Assembly: GCA_964621445.1 (NCBI GenBank)
Contig: CAZUNO010000006.1
Location: forward strand, 54,011 to 118,010
Direction: 5' to 3'
Origin: Candidatus Hadarchaeota archaeon
Lineage (GTDB): Archaea; CAYQAE01; CAYVLA01
Length of the DNA stretch: 64,000 bases
Position numbers and translations under genes: made by a program. The notes beneath the pieces were generated by a model that saw nothing but the letters and a program-made list of their open reading frames with translations, was not told the DNA's origin and did not search any database. Below are positions 9,791-20,810 of the stretch, piece after piece; the stretch's first letter is position 1, and every line of letters begins with the position of its first letter.

Positions 9791-11722
9791 ATGGTTTATT
9801 TGCTCGAACCCGATGGTCCTGGCCCTCTAGTTGAGGATGTCTGGCCCAGCCTTTTCTACTCCGAGGAACGTCTGCCTGAGATGAAGAGGAAGATCAACGA
9901 ACTGAAATGGGCCAAGAAAACATTTCGTAAAATGTTGAGGGAAGCGGATTCCCTCCTGGACGAGGAACCGGTTCTGGCAGATGGAAGGCCTGGATGGCGG
10001 CACGATTTCTACTCTCCAGTTTCCGCTGAACATCTCCTGTTCGATTCTCGGAGAAATGGAGGGTTCAAGGACCCGATCACGGGGACAAAATCTTATAGCC
10101 AGGATCAATACTCGGCTTGGGTTCTACTCCAGCACGAACGCACATATCGTATTATGCGAAGCCTTTCCTTCCTGTACAGGTTAACCGGGAAGGGACAATA
10201 CCTGTCCTGGGTCATCAAAGGTTTGGATGAGGCGGTTAGATTCTTTGACAATCCGCCAAGAAACCACGAGAGATACGGGGCAATTTACTTCCAACCCCTC
10301 TACGATGCACAGATTATGCTTCTCCTTTCCAATATATATCGCCTCGTCGGTGACCAATATCAGGAGGATCGGCGGGAATCCATAGAGAGGGTTTTTGAGA
10401 GTGGATCCGTCAGTCTCCTCAGGTATGTAAAAGGCGCCAGGGTGCATAATATTACCTGTTACGTTTCGGCGGCCATTGGCACCCTTGGAATAATTCTGGG
10501 GAGGGAGGACTGGATTGATATGGTCCTTTCGGAGAAGGATGTGGGGCTTAGAGGTCTTCTAGGGAAGGGATTGAGGAGAAGAGAGGAAAAGGAGCCGGAT
10601 GGATTCTGGTATGAGGGGACCACCTTCTACCACCTATATGCCATGTTCCCTCTCATATCCCTGTTTGAGATGGCTAAAGCCAAGGACATCGACGGTGAGG
10701 AGCTGGAAAATATGAAAAGGTCCTTGAGGGTCATGTTCTGGGCGTTAATTAGAATTGCTGGGCCGGACTTCGAACTGCCATCCCTGGGGGATCTGGGGTC
10801 TTCCACCATAAATGATCTCCGTCGGTGGCATCACCTTTACGAGTACGGGGCCGGAATGCTCGATTCCGGACTCTCCGGGTATCTTTCTGCCTTTCTTCAA
10901 AGCCAACAGGACCGTGGAATGTCGGCGTTGGCCTTTGGACCCGATGATCTATCGCCGCCGGCCTCCCCGGAGTTCAGGGGAGTGATGAAGGACAGCGGCC
11001 TTGCGGTTTTAGGATCCGACAGCAATGACGGAGATTTCCGCGTATTATTCAAACCTGGACCTCATGGAGGCGGACATGACCACCTGGATAAGCTCCAAGT
11101 GATCCTTAATACCTTTGGTAGTGGAATAGCCCCCGATATAGGTACATCCGGATACTCTCTAAGAAAATTCAAGAAATATTGCGTAAGCACTCTGGCCCAT
11201 AATACGCTTATGGTTGATGATGCCAACCAGGATAGGGTATCGGATTCCGATATCCGGTTGGGCAGGGATGGGTGCCCGGTCGGAATTGTACGTGACGCCT
11301 ACCCCGGAGTAGAGATGAAACGGGTTGTTTGCCTTGATCCGCCACACCTATATCTTGAGGACAGCTTAAGGTCAGAGGATAGCCACATCTACTCCTGGAT
11401 ATTTCACGCCAGGGGATCATTGGAGATGACTGGTGGGGAGAACAATGCTTCCCATAACTCGTCACTGCCCAAGGATGGAATTTTTTCATTTCTAACCGAA
11501 CGCCGTTCGTTTGGACCGCTGAGGAAGGCGGAGGCATTTTGGCACTCGTCAGAGGGCATCGATCTTAGTCTGAGGATGTCCTGGGATTCGGATTTCGAGG
11601 TGATCACCGCTAAAAGTCCAAATAATCCTCTAGATGGCTACCTGGGAACTCTGATAGCACGAGGGAGGGCCGAGAAAGTCGGTATCAAATCCGTATTCAC
11701 CGTTAGCAGGGACGGCAACTGA
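9791..11722 (+). CDS. Heparinase II/III family polysaccharide lyase (oligo-alginate-lyase-like), cytoplasmic
   Basis: HNI, DGFWYEG..YH.Y, HGGGHDHLDKL, PDIGTSGY, TLAHNTLMVD; no signal peptide. Confidence 0.85.
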   Translation: MVYLLEPDGPGPLVEDVWPSLFYSEERLPEMKRKINELKWAKKTFRKMLREADSLLDEEPVLADGRPGWRHDFYSPVSAEHLLFDSRRNGGFKDPITGTKSYSQDQYSAWVLLQHERTYRIMRSLSFLYRLTGKGQYLSWVIKGLDEAVRFFDNPPRNHERYGAIYFQPLYDAQIMLLLSNIYRLVGDQYQEDRRESIERVFESGSVSLLRYVKGARVHNITCYVSAAIGTLGIILGREDWIDMVLSEKDVGLRGLLGKGLRRREEKEPDGFWYEGTTFYHLYAMFPLISLFEMAKAKDIDGEELENMKRSLRVMFWALIRIAGPDFELPSLGDLGSSTINDLRRWHHLYEYGAGMLDSGLSGYLSAFLQSQQDRGMSALAFGPDDLSPPASPEFRGVMKDSGLAVLGSDSNDGDFRVLFKPGPHGGGHDHLDKLQVILNTFGSGIAPDIGTSGYSLRKFKKYCVSTLAHNTLMVDDANQDRVSDSDIRLGRDGCPVGIVRDAYPGVEMKRVVCLDPPHLYLEDSLRSEDSHIYSWIFHARGSLEMTGGENNASHNSSLPKDGIFSFLTERRSFGPLRKAEAFWHSSEGIDLSLRMSWDSDFEVITAKSPNNPLDGYLGTLIARGRAEKVGIKSVFTVSRDGN

Positions 11723-11752
11723 TTTATTAAGGAGAAGGGGGGTGAACCCACA

Positions 11753-12946
11753 TTGCTGGGGAGAGTTTCAGGCATTCTTTGCATCCTGCCACTCCTCCTA
11801 ACCCCTTTGTGCCTAGGGAGGGTGGGTCCTGGTGGAGTGATTCGAACAATCTGTTTTGGGGATGTGGTGGATCAGTACGGTGGCTTCAATTCCTATGTGG
11901 TCGTAAGAAATGATCCGGCAATTGACACTACCCTGGTGCCCACCAGGCCAGGGTACCTGGGTTCGGTTGAGGCGGCACTGAGGAATATGCGGATCTACAT
12001 GCCAAGGAGCTATCAGAACCTAATCGATGAACAGGACCTGATAGTTACCAGCGACACTGATCGCGGCGTGTTTAGTAGCCAATGGATCGACTGGCTTGCA
12101 AGATCGGTAACTGATGGTGGGCTTTCTCTTGAGTGGCTTGGTAGCATTAAAAGCAATAATTTCGAGAGCTGGGAGGGAACCACCCTCGCCAACATAGCAC
12201 CGGTCAGGCCGGGAGGACAGCTGGATCTAAGGGGGTCTTTCAAGCTAATCATCCAGGACAGGGATGAGGAGCTGATGAACGCCTTGCCCTGGGACAAGGC
12301 ACCCCCACTCCTCAGGCTCAACACGCAAATACCGAGGGGAGAGGGAGAGGAGGTATGGGCAACGTCAAACACTCCGAGAGATTATCCTTTCCTCACCTAT
12401 TGGGAGATTGGTCAGGGATCTGTGCTATGTTTCGCGACCAAATTCCCAAACGGACTCGATCTGTGGGTTAGGGATTGGCCATATTTCCAACAGTCAATGA
12501 TCTATATGGTTTACAGGGCCTCCGGAAAGGACCTGCCCAGCGATCCTTCCCTAATGCAGCACATATACTCCCTCTTCTTCGAATACGGGGAAACGGAATC
12601 CACAGTGTTCTCGGTCATCTCATTCGTGGAGGATTTTGGTGGGCAGGTTCAGGGACTTCACCGCAGAATGGATGAGATGAGCGATATGAAAATTAGGGCA
12701 GATAGGGCATACATGGAAGCAAGATATGATGAGTGCGTTGAAATAATGACTGAGATTGGAGCCGAGCAAAATTCAATAATGGAGGCGGCCCTGGAGGCGA
12801 GGGATTCTGCCCTCCTCTGGGTTTATATAATAGAATGGTGTGCGGTCAGTGGGGCTTTACTGATGGCCGGATTCTTCCTATGGGCGGTCATGATCCGTCG
12901 CAGGCTCTACAGGGAGGTCCGCACAACGAAAACTCACGAACGATGA
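11753..12946 (+). CDS. Membrane-anchored surface protein, paralog family copy 2
   Basis: Signal peptide; RIYMPRSY; SFVEDFGG; WVYIIEW-TM-MIRRRLY; GGTGA RBS before TTG. Confidence 0.85.
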   Translation: MLGRVSGILCILPLLLTPLCLGRVGPGGVIRTICFGDVVDQYGGFNSYVVVRNDPAIDTTLVPTRPGYLGSVEAALRNMRIYMPRSYQNLIDEQDLIVTSDTDRGVFSSQWIDWLARSVTDGGLSLEWLGSIKSNNFESWEGTTLANIAPVRPGGQLDLRGSFKLIIQDRDEELMNALPWDKAPPLLRLNTQIPRGEGEEVWATSNTPRDYPFLTYWEIGQGSVLCFATKFPNGLDLWVRDWPYFQQSMIYMVYRASGKDLPSDPSLMQHIYSLFFEYGETESTVFSVISFVEDFGGQVQGLHRRMDEMSDMKIRADRAYMEARYDECVEIMTEIGAEQNSIMEAALEARDSALLWVYIIEWCAVSGALLMAGFFLWAVMIRRRLYREVRTTKTHER

Positions 12947-12993
12947 GATCTCCGCAGGGCTCTGTTCCAGTACTAATTGGAGATTTAGGTTAT

Positions 12994-13884
12994 CTATTCC
13001 TCGATGAAAAGTGGATTGGACCAGGCCTTCCTCCCCTTATCGTCTACGATTTCGATCCTTACGTAGCCCCGAGGAGAGAACCATTGGGGAAGGCGGGATT
13101 TAGTGAGAAGTTGCTGGCTGTTGGAGTATTCCACATGGCCACATGGACCCCTGGTTCTCCATCGAATCGATTTAACCGGGGTGCATTCTATTTCGATACC
13201 TGAATCGTTGGCCTCTATGGACGTGAATTTGGGGCCACAAGTTGAGTAGAAACGGCCCTGCTTGAGGGAATCGAGAACGTGTGCTGGGCTGCGTTCTCTG
13301 GTCCAGATTTCGACCCAGGCCCTTCCAGCACTTGAAAAGTAGCGCTTCTCGGGATTGAGATGGGCATCATCCGAGGCTACTCCCCAGATTCTCCTTCCAC
13401 TCCCCAGGAGCATATCCCACAGTTCGGTGGAGATTCCGTTTCCATAGGCCTCCTCGCAATAGGCGTTGTATATCTCGAGTGCCATCAAGTGGCCGCAATC
13501 AAGGTACACCTCTGGCAGGGCGGCGGAGTAGGTCGGGTGGGCCCCGATTGTGAATGCGCCCTGATCAGATAGAATCCTGGCCTTTCTATAAAAGGGAAAA
13601 GATGGGTCCGGAGTGTCGGTTACCCCGATGCCAAGTATGTCCGGCTGACCCCCCACCTCCACTCCATCAATTGTAATCATGGACCCCGTCGTGATGTTCC
13701 CTATGGGGGTAACCATCCTGTGATCGGTTATCGCCACACATTGAAATCCCTGGCTGCGATATTCTTCAACCGTATTCTCCGGGGATAGACCGCCGTCGGA
13801 ATGATCGCTGTGACAGTGAAGTCCGGTCTTTACCCAGACACCATCCCCACCAAGTGTAAGGGATTCGAATTTATTGGAGCACAA
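12994..13884 (-). CDS. PHP-domain metallohydrolase (CehA/McbA-like)
   Basis: LHCHSDHSDG, ITDH, AHP, EIYN, ASDDAH, AWSNP. Confidence 0.87.
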   Translation of the reverse strand: MCSNKFESLTLGGDGVWVKTGLHCHSDHSDGGLSPENTVEEYRSQGFQCVAITDHRMVTPIGNITTGSMITIDGVEVGGQPDILGIGVTDTPDPSFPFYRKARILSDQGAFTIGAHPTYSAALPEVYLDCGHLMALEIYNAYCEEAYGNGISTELWDMLLGSGRRIWGVASDDAHLNPEKRYFSSAGRAWVEIWTRERSPAHVLDSLKQGRFYSTCGPKFTSIEANDSGIEIECTPVKSIRWRTRGPCGHVEYSNSQQLLTKSRLPQWFSPRGYVRIEIVDDKGRKAWSNPLFIEE

Positions 13885-14024
13885 GGAAACACACCCTGGT
13901 TAGAAGTAATATCTCCCGTAAATGTGTTCTCCAGATGGCAGTGAGATTATTTTTATCAATGCGGTATACCGCCGGTTCCGGTTCGTTTCAGTCAACACAT
14001 AAGAAGCGTTCCGGGTATTAGTTA

Positions 14025-14939
14025 ATGGTGTTGGACTTGAGGTCAAAAAGGAGTTTATTGATAATTCTATTAGCCGTTCTGGCAGTAAGCATACCATTGG
14101 CAGTTCTGGGACAGGAATTGCTCGAGGGCGAGGAAACTGCTGAAGATGAGTCAACTGAATTAATGCTGATGGTCGAGAATAAAGAAGAGAAGGGCGAAGG
14201 TCCTCCCATGAGGCCTCCTTTACAGCCCAGGAAAAGGCGATGGCGTGAAGGCAAAGGGGGTATTTTGCCGGCCGAAAGGGTAGATGAGATTGTGGAAGAA
14301 CTTGACCTTACGGAACAGGAGAAGGCGAGATTGGAGGAGCTGATGGACGATATCGAGGTTCTTCATGATGAACTTGAGGAAAAGAGGACGGAAATATGGG
14401 AGATCCTAAAGCCAAAACTGAAGGAGAGAGCGGAGCAGGAACGGGATGAATGTCAGGAAGCGTCCGATGAAGTAAAGGATATGGCTGACGAGATAAAGGA
14501 ACTGTACGAGAAGCTCAAGGAAGCCATAGCTGACGGAGAGGATTCTGAAGCGGAGGAGATAAAGGAGGAAATCGCTGAGAAAAGGGAGGCTCTCAGGGAT
14601 ATGTTCAGGGAACGGGTTGATGAATGCCGGGGTCCCTGGCAACGCAGAATTCGCGAGAAAGTTGAAAAGGTGAGATCAAGGAGAGATCTAGGGGAAATCG
14701 TCAGGAAAGCGTTGAGTGAAATCAAGGAATCAGACGATGAGGATTCTATCTCGCCCATAAAACAACGAATCTCGGATATTCGAGAGGGAATTCAACAGGC
14801 AATGAAGAGTGGTGATGAGGAATCATTGGATGAACTTCGGAATAGAATCAGGGAAATTGCGAATGATATACGTTCCTATTTGGATGATAGAGGACTACGT
14901 TGCCCCTTCGCTGAGTGTACGGAGTCCGCTGGTGACTGA
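14025..14939 (+). CDS. Secreted or anchored acidic all-helical hypothetical protein
   Basis: Hydrophobic N-terminus, E/K/R-rich heptads, LDLTEQE segment. Confidence 0.7.
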   Translation: MVLDLRSKRSLLIILLAVLAVSIPLAVLGQELLEGEETAEDESTELMLMVENKEEKGEGPPMRPPLQPRKRRWREGKGGILPAERVDEIVEELDLTEQEKARLEELMDDIEVLHDELEEKRTEIWEILKPKLKERAEQERDECQEASDEVKDMADEIKELYEKLKEAIADGEDSEAEEIKEEIAEKREALRDMFRERVDECRGPWQRRIREKVEKVRSRRDLGEIVRKALSEIKESDDEDSISPIKQRISDIREGIQQAMKSGDEESLDELRNRIREIANDIRSYLDDRGLRCPFAECTESAGD

Positions 14940-14958
14940 TGATCGAGATGGGTAAATA

Positions 14959-15615
14959 ATGGAAAAGAAAAAGCGATTGGCGATCATAGTAACCATTCTT
15001 GCGATCCTCCTGATTACAATGGCAATATTTGCCATAAGGAACATCAGGAGTAGGGATAAGGACCTATCCGATTTTCTCGCGGATATATCCGAGGGAGATG
15101 GAGATATGTCGATGGCCGGCGCACCCGCGGTCTTACTTGAGAAGGAATCCGAGAAAGGTTACGAATCACCTCCCGAGGAGGGCAAGGTGTTTATCGTGAA
15201 CCGTAAATATGCGGATCCCGTAACCGTGCGGAGAGCGATGAAGGCAAGAGGTGAAAGGTTTTGGTCCAGGGTAGCAGATGGTGTGAGGAGAGGTGCCCGG
15301 GGTTTCATATGGGTTGGGGGAGAGCCATATCTGCTAGGTCCTTTCAGCTTGGAGGACGGGAGTGGAAGGGCTCATCTTTTGAAAATCGGAACCCAGAAGC
15401 CGGTTGTAGCCGGGGAGATCAACATTAATTCCGTGCAGGGAGAGGTTATAAGCGCTACCCTTCGATTAAAAGACAGGGGATCCTATGACGTATTCATAGC
15501 CCGAGAACATCCCAATGTGACGCTGCTTTTCGAGGAAGTAAGGGAAAGAAACCCGAGTGATAGGAATGATGCGCTTAAAGCGATCTTAGCCTCCTACGGG
15601 AAAGAGTCAGGATAA
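14959..15615 (+). CDS. Membrane-anchored hypothetical protein
   Basis: Basic N-terminus plus one TM helix; 19 bp downstream of the previous gene. Confidence 0.7.
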   Translation: MEKKKRLAIIVTILAILLITMAIFAIRNIRSRDKDLSDFLADISEGDGDMSMAGAPAVLLEKESEKGYESPPEEGKVFIVNRKYADPVTVRRAMKARGERFWSRVADGVRRGARGFIWVGGEPYLLGPFSLEDGSGRAHLLKIGTQKPVVAGEININSVQGEVISATLRLKDRGSYDVFIAREHPNVTLLFEEVRERNPSDRNDALKAILASYGKESG

Positions 15616-15720
15616 GCTGCTTCCGCAAATAGACTTAAGCCATTGGTAACGATGATCAGCCTGGGGGGCTCATATCTGGTAGAGAGCTTTACGTGAGCCA
15701 GGAAACCTGGTTATGAAATC

Positions 15721-15912
15721 ATGGAAATAAAACTAGAGGTGGATGGACGCGAGCTGGTGATGAATAGGTTTGTTAGGGAAATACTAACTTCAATGGTCAC
15801 CTGCGCTGTTTTCAATCTCCAGAGAGCGAAGGAAAATGCTGAGAGCAAAGAGATGATCGGTGATAATTGGATGAGCATAGAACTGGAAATATGCAAACAG
15901 TCTGATAATTAA
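15721..15912 (+). CDS. Small protein resembling the MobB C-terminal accessory domain
   Basis: LEVDGREL.MNRFVREI pattern, recalled from MobB-associated domains. Confidence 0.5.
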   Translation: MEIKLEVDGRELVMNRFVREILTSMVTCAVFNLQRAKENAESKEMIGDNWMSIELEICKQSDN

Positions 15913-15995
15913 TTTCTGAAAGAATATCTCCCTTCATGCAGAGATTCCATTTTGTAGTGGATAAACTTAAACGGTTGATCGCATATGGGTGATCG

Positions 15996-16604
15996 ATGAA
16001 ACCGTCCATTGGCATCCTTGACTGTGGCTCGGGCAACCTAAGAAGCGTTGAAAAGGCGTTTCGTCATCAAGGCTCAAAGCCTGAGGTGTCAGGAAAGATT
16101 GAACTGGAATGGGATGGACTGGTCCTGCCAGGTGTTGGAGCCTTCGGACATGCCATGGCCAACTTGGAAAAGGTTAGAGATGACATCATAACCTATGTGG
16201 AGACTGGAAAACCCTTCCTGGGAATATGTCTTGGTCTGCAGGTTCTTTTTGAGAGCAGCGAAGAGGACCCCGATTCCTCTGGGCTCGGTCTCATCAAGGG
16301 CCAAGTGGTAAGGATCAGGGGGAATAAGGTACCTCATATGGGCTGGAATTCGTTAGATATTAAAATAAAATCTAAAATATTGAATGAAATAAAAACTGGA
16401 GAGTATTTATATTTTGTCCATTCCTATCACGGTGAGCCCGAGGAGGAAGTAACGGTTGCCTCCTGCAGGTACCAGGGCCAGGATTTGACGGCATGTCTGG
16501 AGAGGGATAACATCCACGCTTGTCAGTTTCATCCCGAAAAGAGTGGGGTCCTGGGGCTCCGGATTATTAGCAATTTCGTGGAGATATCCTCTGGAGGGTG
16601 CTGA
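15996..16604 (+). CDS. hisH: Imidazole glycerol phosphate synthase, glutaminase subunit
   Basis: [38 protein letters not shown]. Confidence 0.96.
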   Translation: MKPSIGILDCGSGNLRSVEKAFRHQGSKPEVSGKIELEWDGLVLPGVGAFGHAMANLEKVRDDIITYVETGKPFLGICLGLQVLFESSEEDPDSSGLGLIKGQVVRIRGNKVPHMGWNSLDIKIKSKILNEIKTGEYLYFVHSYHGEPEEEVTVASCRYQGQDLTACLERDNIHACQFHPEKSGVLGLRIISNFVEISSGGC

Positions 16605-17440
16605 TGGGTCTAGCAAAGAGGATAATTCCCTGTCTTGACTGCGACTTGGCGGTTCCAGGGGGCAGAGTGATCAAAGGCGTGAAGTTCAAGAGACATGTGT
16701 ATGCTGGGAACCCCGTGGAGAGGGCCAAGATGTATGACGATCAGGGAGCCGATGAGATCACTTTCCTGGATGTAACGGCCTCGCACGAGAGGAGGAGGAC
16801 AATGAGCGATGTCGTTGAGCGTACCACCGATCATGTGTTCATCCCAGTGACCGTTGGGGGAGGTATACGCAAGGTGGAGGATTTCGTCAGAATGCTAAGG
16901 GCGGGTGCGGACAAGTGTTCGATTAACACCGCTGCGATTGAAAATCCCCAGATTTTAGGGAAGGCGGCGGAGGTAGTTGGATCTCAGGCCGTGGTTATTT
17001 CAATTGATGCCCAGAGACGCCCGGCGGAGACCGGCAGCCCGGACACAACGGTCATAGACACCCAATGGGGACCAAGCTGGTATGAGTGCATTACCTATGG
17101 GGGCCGAAAGGAGACCGGTATTGATGCCATATCCTGGGCCGGGCAGGCGGAGGACCTGGGTGCAGGGGAGATTTTGCTAAACAGCATAGAGACCGATGGA
17201 ATGCAATCCGGATACGATTGGGCATTAACAAGGGAGGTATCGGAGCTGGTCGATATACCGGTGATAGCCTCCGGGGGGTGCGGCAAACCCGATGATTTCT
17301 ACCAGGCATTTGACAGGGGAAAGGCCCATGCAGCCCTGGCTGCTAGCATCTTCCATTTCGATAAATACACGGTCGGAGATATCAAGAGGTACCTGGAGGA
17401 AAAAGGTGTTAGTGTCAGGCCTCCGGAACCCGGGAACTAG
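16604..17440 (+). CDS. hisF: Imidazole glycerol phosphate synthase, cyclase subunit
   Basis: [41 protein letters not shown]; ATG overlaps the hisH TGA. Confidence 0.96.
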   Translation: MGLAKRIIPCLDCDLAVPGGRVIKGVKFKRHVYAGNPVERAKMYDDQGADEITFLDVTASHERRRTMSDVVERTTDHVFIPVTVGGGIRKVEDFVRMLRAGADKCSINTAAIENPQILGKAAEVVGSQAVVISIDAQRRPAETGSPDTTVIDTQWGPSWYECITYGGRKETGIDAISWAGQAEDLGAGEILLNSIETDGMQSGYDWALTREVSELVDIPVIASGGCGKPDDFYQAFDRGKAHAALAASIFHFDKYTVGDIKRYLEEKGVSVRPPEPGN

Positions 17441-18573
17441 GGAAGCGATTTTATGAAACTGTCGAACAGAAACATGGAGTCGTGGGGACCTGGAGTGGCC
17501 TCGGGGTGGAATTGGATGGTTACGATCTGGTAGTCCTGATGGACAAGCCCCTCGATACTGCCGTCATTCAGGTTCTTCATGGTTATTCTAAGTCCCGTGT
17601 TCTCCAGCGATTCTGGGTCAATGCTGAAGCCGTGGTTCTGAGTGGTGATATAGACCTTGTTCCGGACCATGTCCTTAACAGGGTGGTTACCGCCCCTGTG
17701 ACCGAATCTCATCTTGTAGGTAGTGGCACCCAGGGCCATGGCGGTTAATTGATGGCCCATGCAGATGCTCATGATTGGGAAATCGGGAGCAAGGTCCTTG
17801 ATCGTTTCTATGGTCACCTTTACTCTAGAGGGGTCCCCTGGTCCGTTGCTCACCATTACAAAATCCGGTTCGTAAGAGGCGACCTGATCCGGCGTTGAGT
17901 CGTAGGGTAGGACAACGACATCCGCGCCCCGCTTGGCAATTCTGGTAACTATGCTCCTTTTCATGCCGCAATCGATGATGGCACACCTTTTTCCTGCCTT
18001 GAGGTCAACGACCCCGGTTACTTTTTTGCAGTCCCCAACCCGGTAAAATTGGGGTCTATCGGGTGATACAAGCGGTACGAAATCAAAATCCGAAAGGGGA
18101 GGTCTTTCCTCGGCATCTTTCACCAGCTCCTGGGCGTCGATTGCCTTATCTGAGACCTCGAGCGCCGCGTTCATGACCCCTTTATCCCGGATATTGATGG
18201 TTATCTCTCTGGTGTCAACTCCTTGAATACCCGGAACCCCGTTCTTCTCAAGGTATTCATGGATGGTCATGGATTTGTGCCTATGACTAGGGTGTTCACA
18301 TGCCTCTCTCACGATAAAGCCGGAAGGCTGTATATGGTCGGACTCAAATCTATCAGGATGGGATTCTGGATCGGCTACGCCGTAGTTACCGATCATTGGA
18401 TAGGTCATCATCAGGAGCTGACCGACAAAGCTGGGGTCAGTAAGCGTTTCCTCATATCCAGTCATGGTTGTATCAAAGACAAGTTCGCCTACTGCTCTTC
18501 CCATAGCGCCAAACCCCTTTCCCTTGTATATTGATCCATCAGCCAGGGCCAGGACAGCGTTGAGCTCTTCCAT
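17437..18573 (-). CDS. carA: Carbamoyl-phosphate synthase small subunit
   Basis: [43 protein letters not shown]. Confidence 0.96.
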   Translation of the reverse strand: MEELNAVLALADGSIYKGKGFGAMGRAVGELVFDTTMTGYEETLTDPSFVGQLLMMTYPMIGNYGVADPESHPDRFESDHIQPSGFIVREACEHPSHRHKSMTIHEYLEKNGVPGIQGVDTREITINIRDKGVMNAALEVSDKAIDAQELVKDAEERPPLSDFDFVPLVSPDRPQFYRVGDCKKVTGVVDLKAGKRCAIIDCGMKRSIVTRIAKRGADVVVLPYDSTPDQVASYEPDFVMVSNGPGDPSRVKVTIETIKDLAPDFPIMSICMGHQLTAMALGATTYKMRFGHRGGNHPVKDMVRNKVYITTQNHGFSIDPESLENTGLRITMKNLNDGSIEGLVHQDYQIVTIQFHPEATPGPHDSMFLFDSFIKSLP

Positions 18574-18658
18574 GTTAATTCCACTGCCGACTAATCCGGA
18601 TGTGCTTATTTGTCTTTCCCGGAGAGCTCCTCATCGCTAACCTGAGGTAGGTGGCCCT

Positions 18659-19321
18659 CTATTCATTGAGTCTAAAATCAAGGAGAGATTCTATTTCCCT
18701 GCTCTTCTTAGGGCCCAATCCCTCGATTTCGGATATTTCCTCGCCCGAGATGTGGAAGAGGTTTCTAAGACATTTGATTTTTTCGAGAATTCTTCCTGCG
18801 AGAACCGGTCCGATGCCGGGAAACGATGCCAGTATGGCCAATGCGTACTCCTTTTTGGTGTAAGACCTGCACCTGGGTATGGCTATTCCCAAGGTGGGTC
18901 CCTGTGACCAATTCCTTTTGGCGAGTAGGGAGATCAAAAGAGCGGACCGGCGTACATCCGGGGTGTGCAGGACCTTTACAGGGGAGGAGAGGGTGATTTT
19001 GGATAGGTAGCCATAATAAGATTTAATGTTGAACTCCCTGGGAAATCCCATTGTCCTGCCTTCAATGAGCAGAATCGGGATCTCATGCATTTCGGCCATG
19101 TATTTGAGCTGGCGATCGAGCCTTCCCGAATACATGGAGGATAAAAAGTCCGAGAGGGTCTTCCTCTCAATGCATGCCGAATCGGATATAACATAATCGC
19201 CGCATGTTAATGCTCTACATTCAGGGTTTACACCCAGTCTGTTCAGAGCCCTTCTCATCTGGGGCGGTTCATAGGTATCAATGACCAGATTCCGTTCAGG
19301 GCAGGTTGGGGAGCTGCGCAC
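18659..19321 (-). CDS. xpf: Short-form XPF/ERCC4 structure-specific endonuclease (nuclease plus HhH2)
   Basis: GDY...IERKT..D catalytic motif; FPGIGP and IEGLGP HhH motifs; no helicase domain. Confidence 0.88.
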   Translation of the reverse strand: MRSSPTCPERNLVIDTYEPPQMRRALNRLGVNPECRALTCGDYVISDSACIERKTLSDFLSSMYSGRLDRQLKYMAEMHEIPILLIEGRTMGFPREFNIKSYYGYLSKITLSSPVKVLHTPDVRRSALLISLLAKRNWSQGPTLGIAIPRCRSYTKKEYALAILASFPGIGPVLAGRILEKIKCLRNLFHISGEEISEIEGLGPKKSREIESLLDFRLNE

Positions 19322-19437
19322 ACCACGATATCCAATTGCCGAAATGTAATATGAAATTTTTCCAGAGTTGAGTTTAAGGATGTTTAAGCTTTAGTTGGAT
19401 GAGGGTAAATAAGGACCAGGATTGGTGAGCATTAATA

Positions 19438-20757
19438 TTGGTTCAGCAACCGGCAATACCCATGCCAATGCCTAAGGGAGACATGCAGCTGATGATCGGC
19501 ATGGGGGAACCACCTACGAGGTCAGTTGAAATGATAAGGAGGGCCGGGGAAAGTTTGGGATTGGATGAACGAATAATCACAGAGCTAGTAAGTCCCCAGG
19601 AGGTAAAGATATTCAGGGTACCAACCAAGACCCTGGGAAGGGTAATCATTCACTGGGGATGTATGTCCCTCCACAATAATGCAAGGGGCCCCTATAAGGG
19701 AGGTATAAGGTTAACCGAGAATGTTACCCTGTGGGAAACGGTTGAGCTTTCTCGCCTAATGACCCTGAAGACGGCGGTCAATGACATCGAATTGGGAGGG
19801 GGTAAGACCGGTATCAGGGTTGATATGCCCAAGATGTACCGGATTTTCAATCGACGGCCCCGGGACCCGGATTTTGAGAGGATAATTCGTATTGATGTGA
19901 TGGAGTACTTCGCATACCATTTCCGAGAGATCTTTGCCAGTCACGAATACGTACCAGCCCCGGATGTGAACACCGGCGGGGAAGAGATGGCCGTGATCTT
20001 CAACCAGACCATGGACCCGGCCTCGGTTACCGGGAAGCCATCAGGCGTCCACGGGTGGCTCCCGGGTAGAAGAGAGGCCACAGGAAGGGGGTGTTTTGAG
20101 GTTTGCCGGTTGGCCTCTGAGCATCAATTGGATAAGGACCTATCGGAGTGCAGAGTAGCAATTCAGGGATTCGGCAACGTCGGGGGCTGGGCGGCAAGGT
20201 TCCTATATGAGAATGGAGCGGATATAATAGCAGTTACCGATTCGCGCGGGGGTGCATATGATAAGGATGGTCTTGATATCCCAGGGCTCAAGGAATACAA
20301 GAAGGAGCAGGGAATGGTGTCCGGTTTCTCGGGAGAGATCGGAAATGAGGACCTATTCAAGCTAGACACCGATATCACCATACCGGCCGCGCTTGGCGGG
20401 GCAATTAACAAGGGAAACGCCGGGGATATCAACTCGGACATAGTTGTGGAGGGCGCAAACATGCCGGTGACCTGCGAGGGAATGAGAATCCTGGAAAGGA
20501 AAGGGGTGCGCGTGGTCCCCGATATCATTGCCAATGCGGGCGGGGTCATAGCTTCCATGGAGGAGTATTCGGGATCGCTTTCAGCGGTTAAGACCCCGAA
20601 GTCCAAGGTTTTCGATGTCATAGGTGACAGAATCGAGAGTAGCTACCTCGACGCCCTGGATTTTGCGGAAAGCGAGGATATTGAGTTGGCTGATGCAGCC
20701 GTACAGATAGCCACTGAGCGGGTTTATGAGGTCATGAAGAAGAGAAGCCTGATCTGA
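19438..20757 (+). CDS. gdhA: Glu/Leu/Phe/Val dehydrogenase (glutamate dehydrogenase)
   Basis: GPYKGGIR, VPAPDVNT, VTGKP, ATGRG, IQGFGNVG, EGAN, PDIIANAGGV. Confidence 0.9.
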   Translation: MVQQPAIPMPMPKGDMQLMIGMGEPPTRSVEMIRRAGESLGLDERIITELVSPQEVKIFRVPTKTLGRVIIHWGCMSLHNNARGPYKGGIRLTENVTLWETVELSRLMTLKTAVNDIELGGGKTGIRVDMPKMYRIFNRRPRDPDFERIIRIDVMEYFAYHFREIFASHEYVPAPDVNTGGEEMAVIFNQTMDPASVTGKPSGVHGWLPGRREATGRGCFEVCRLASEHQLDKDLSECRVAIQGFGNVGGWAARFLYENGADIIAVTDSRGGAYDKDGLDIPGLKEYKKEQGMVSGFSGEIGNEDLFKLDTDITIPAALGGAINKGNAGDINSDIVVEGANMPVTCEGMRILERKGVRVVPDIIANAGGVIASMEEYSGSLSAVKTPKSKVFDVIGDRIESSYLDALDFAESEDIELADAAVQIATERVYEVMKKRSLI

Positions 20758-20810
20758 AATTTTAAAAGGGAACATTATTTTGATACCGACCTAATGGTTA
20801 GGTGATAAAC

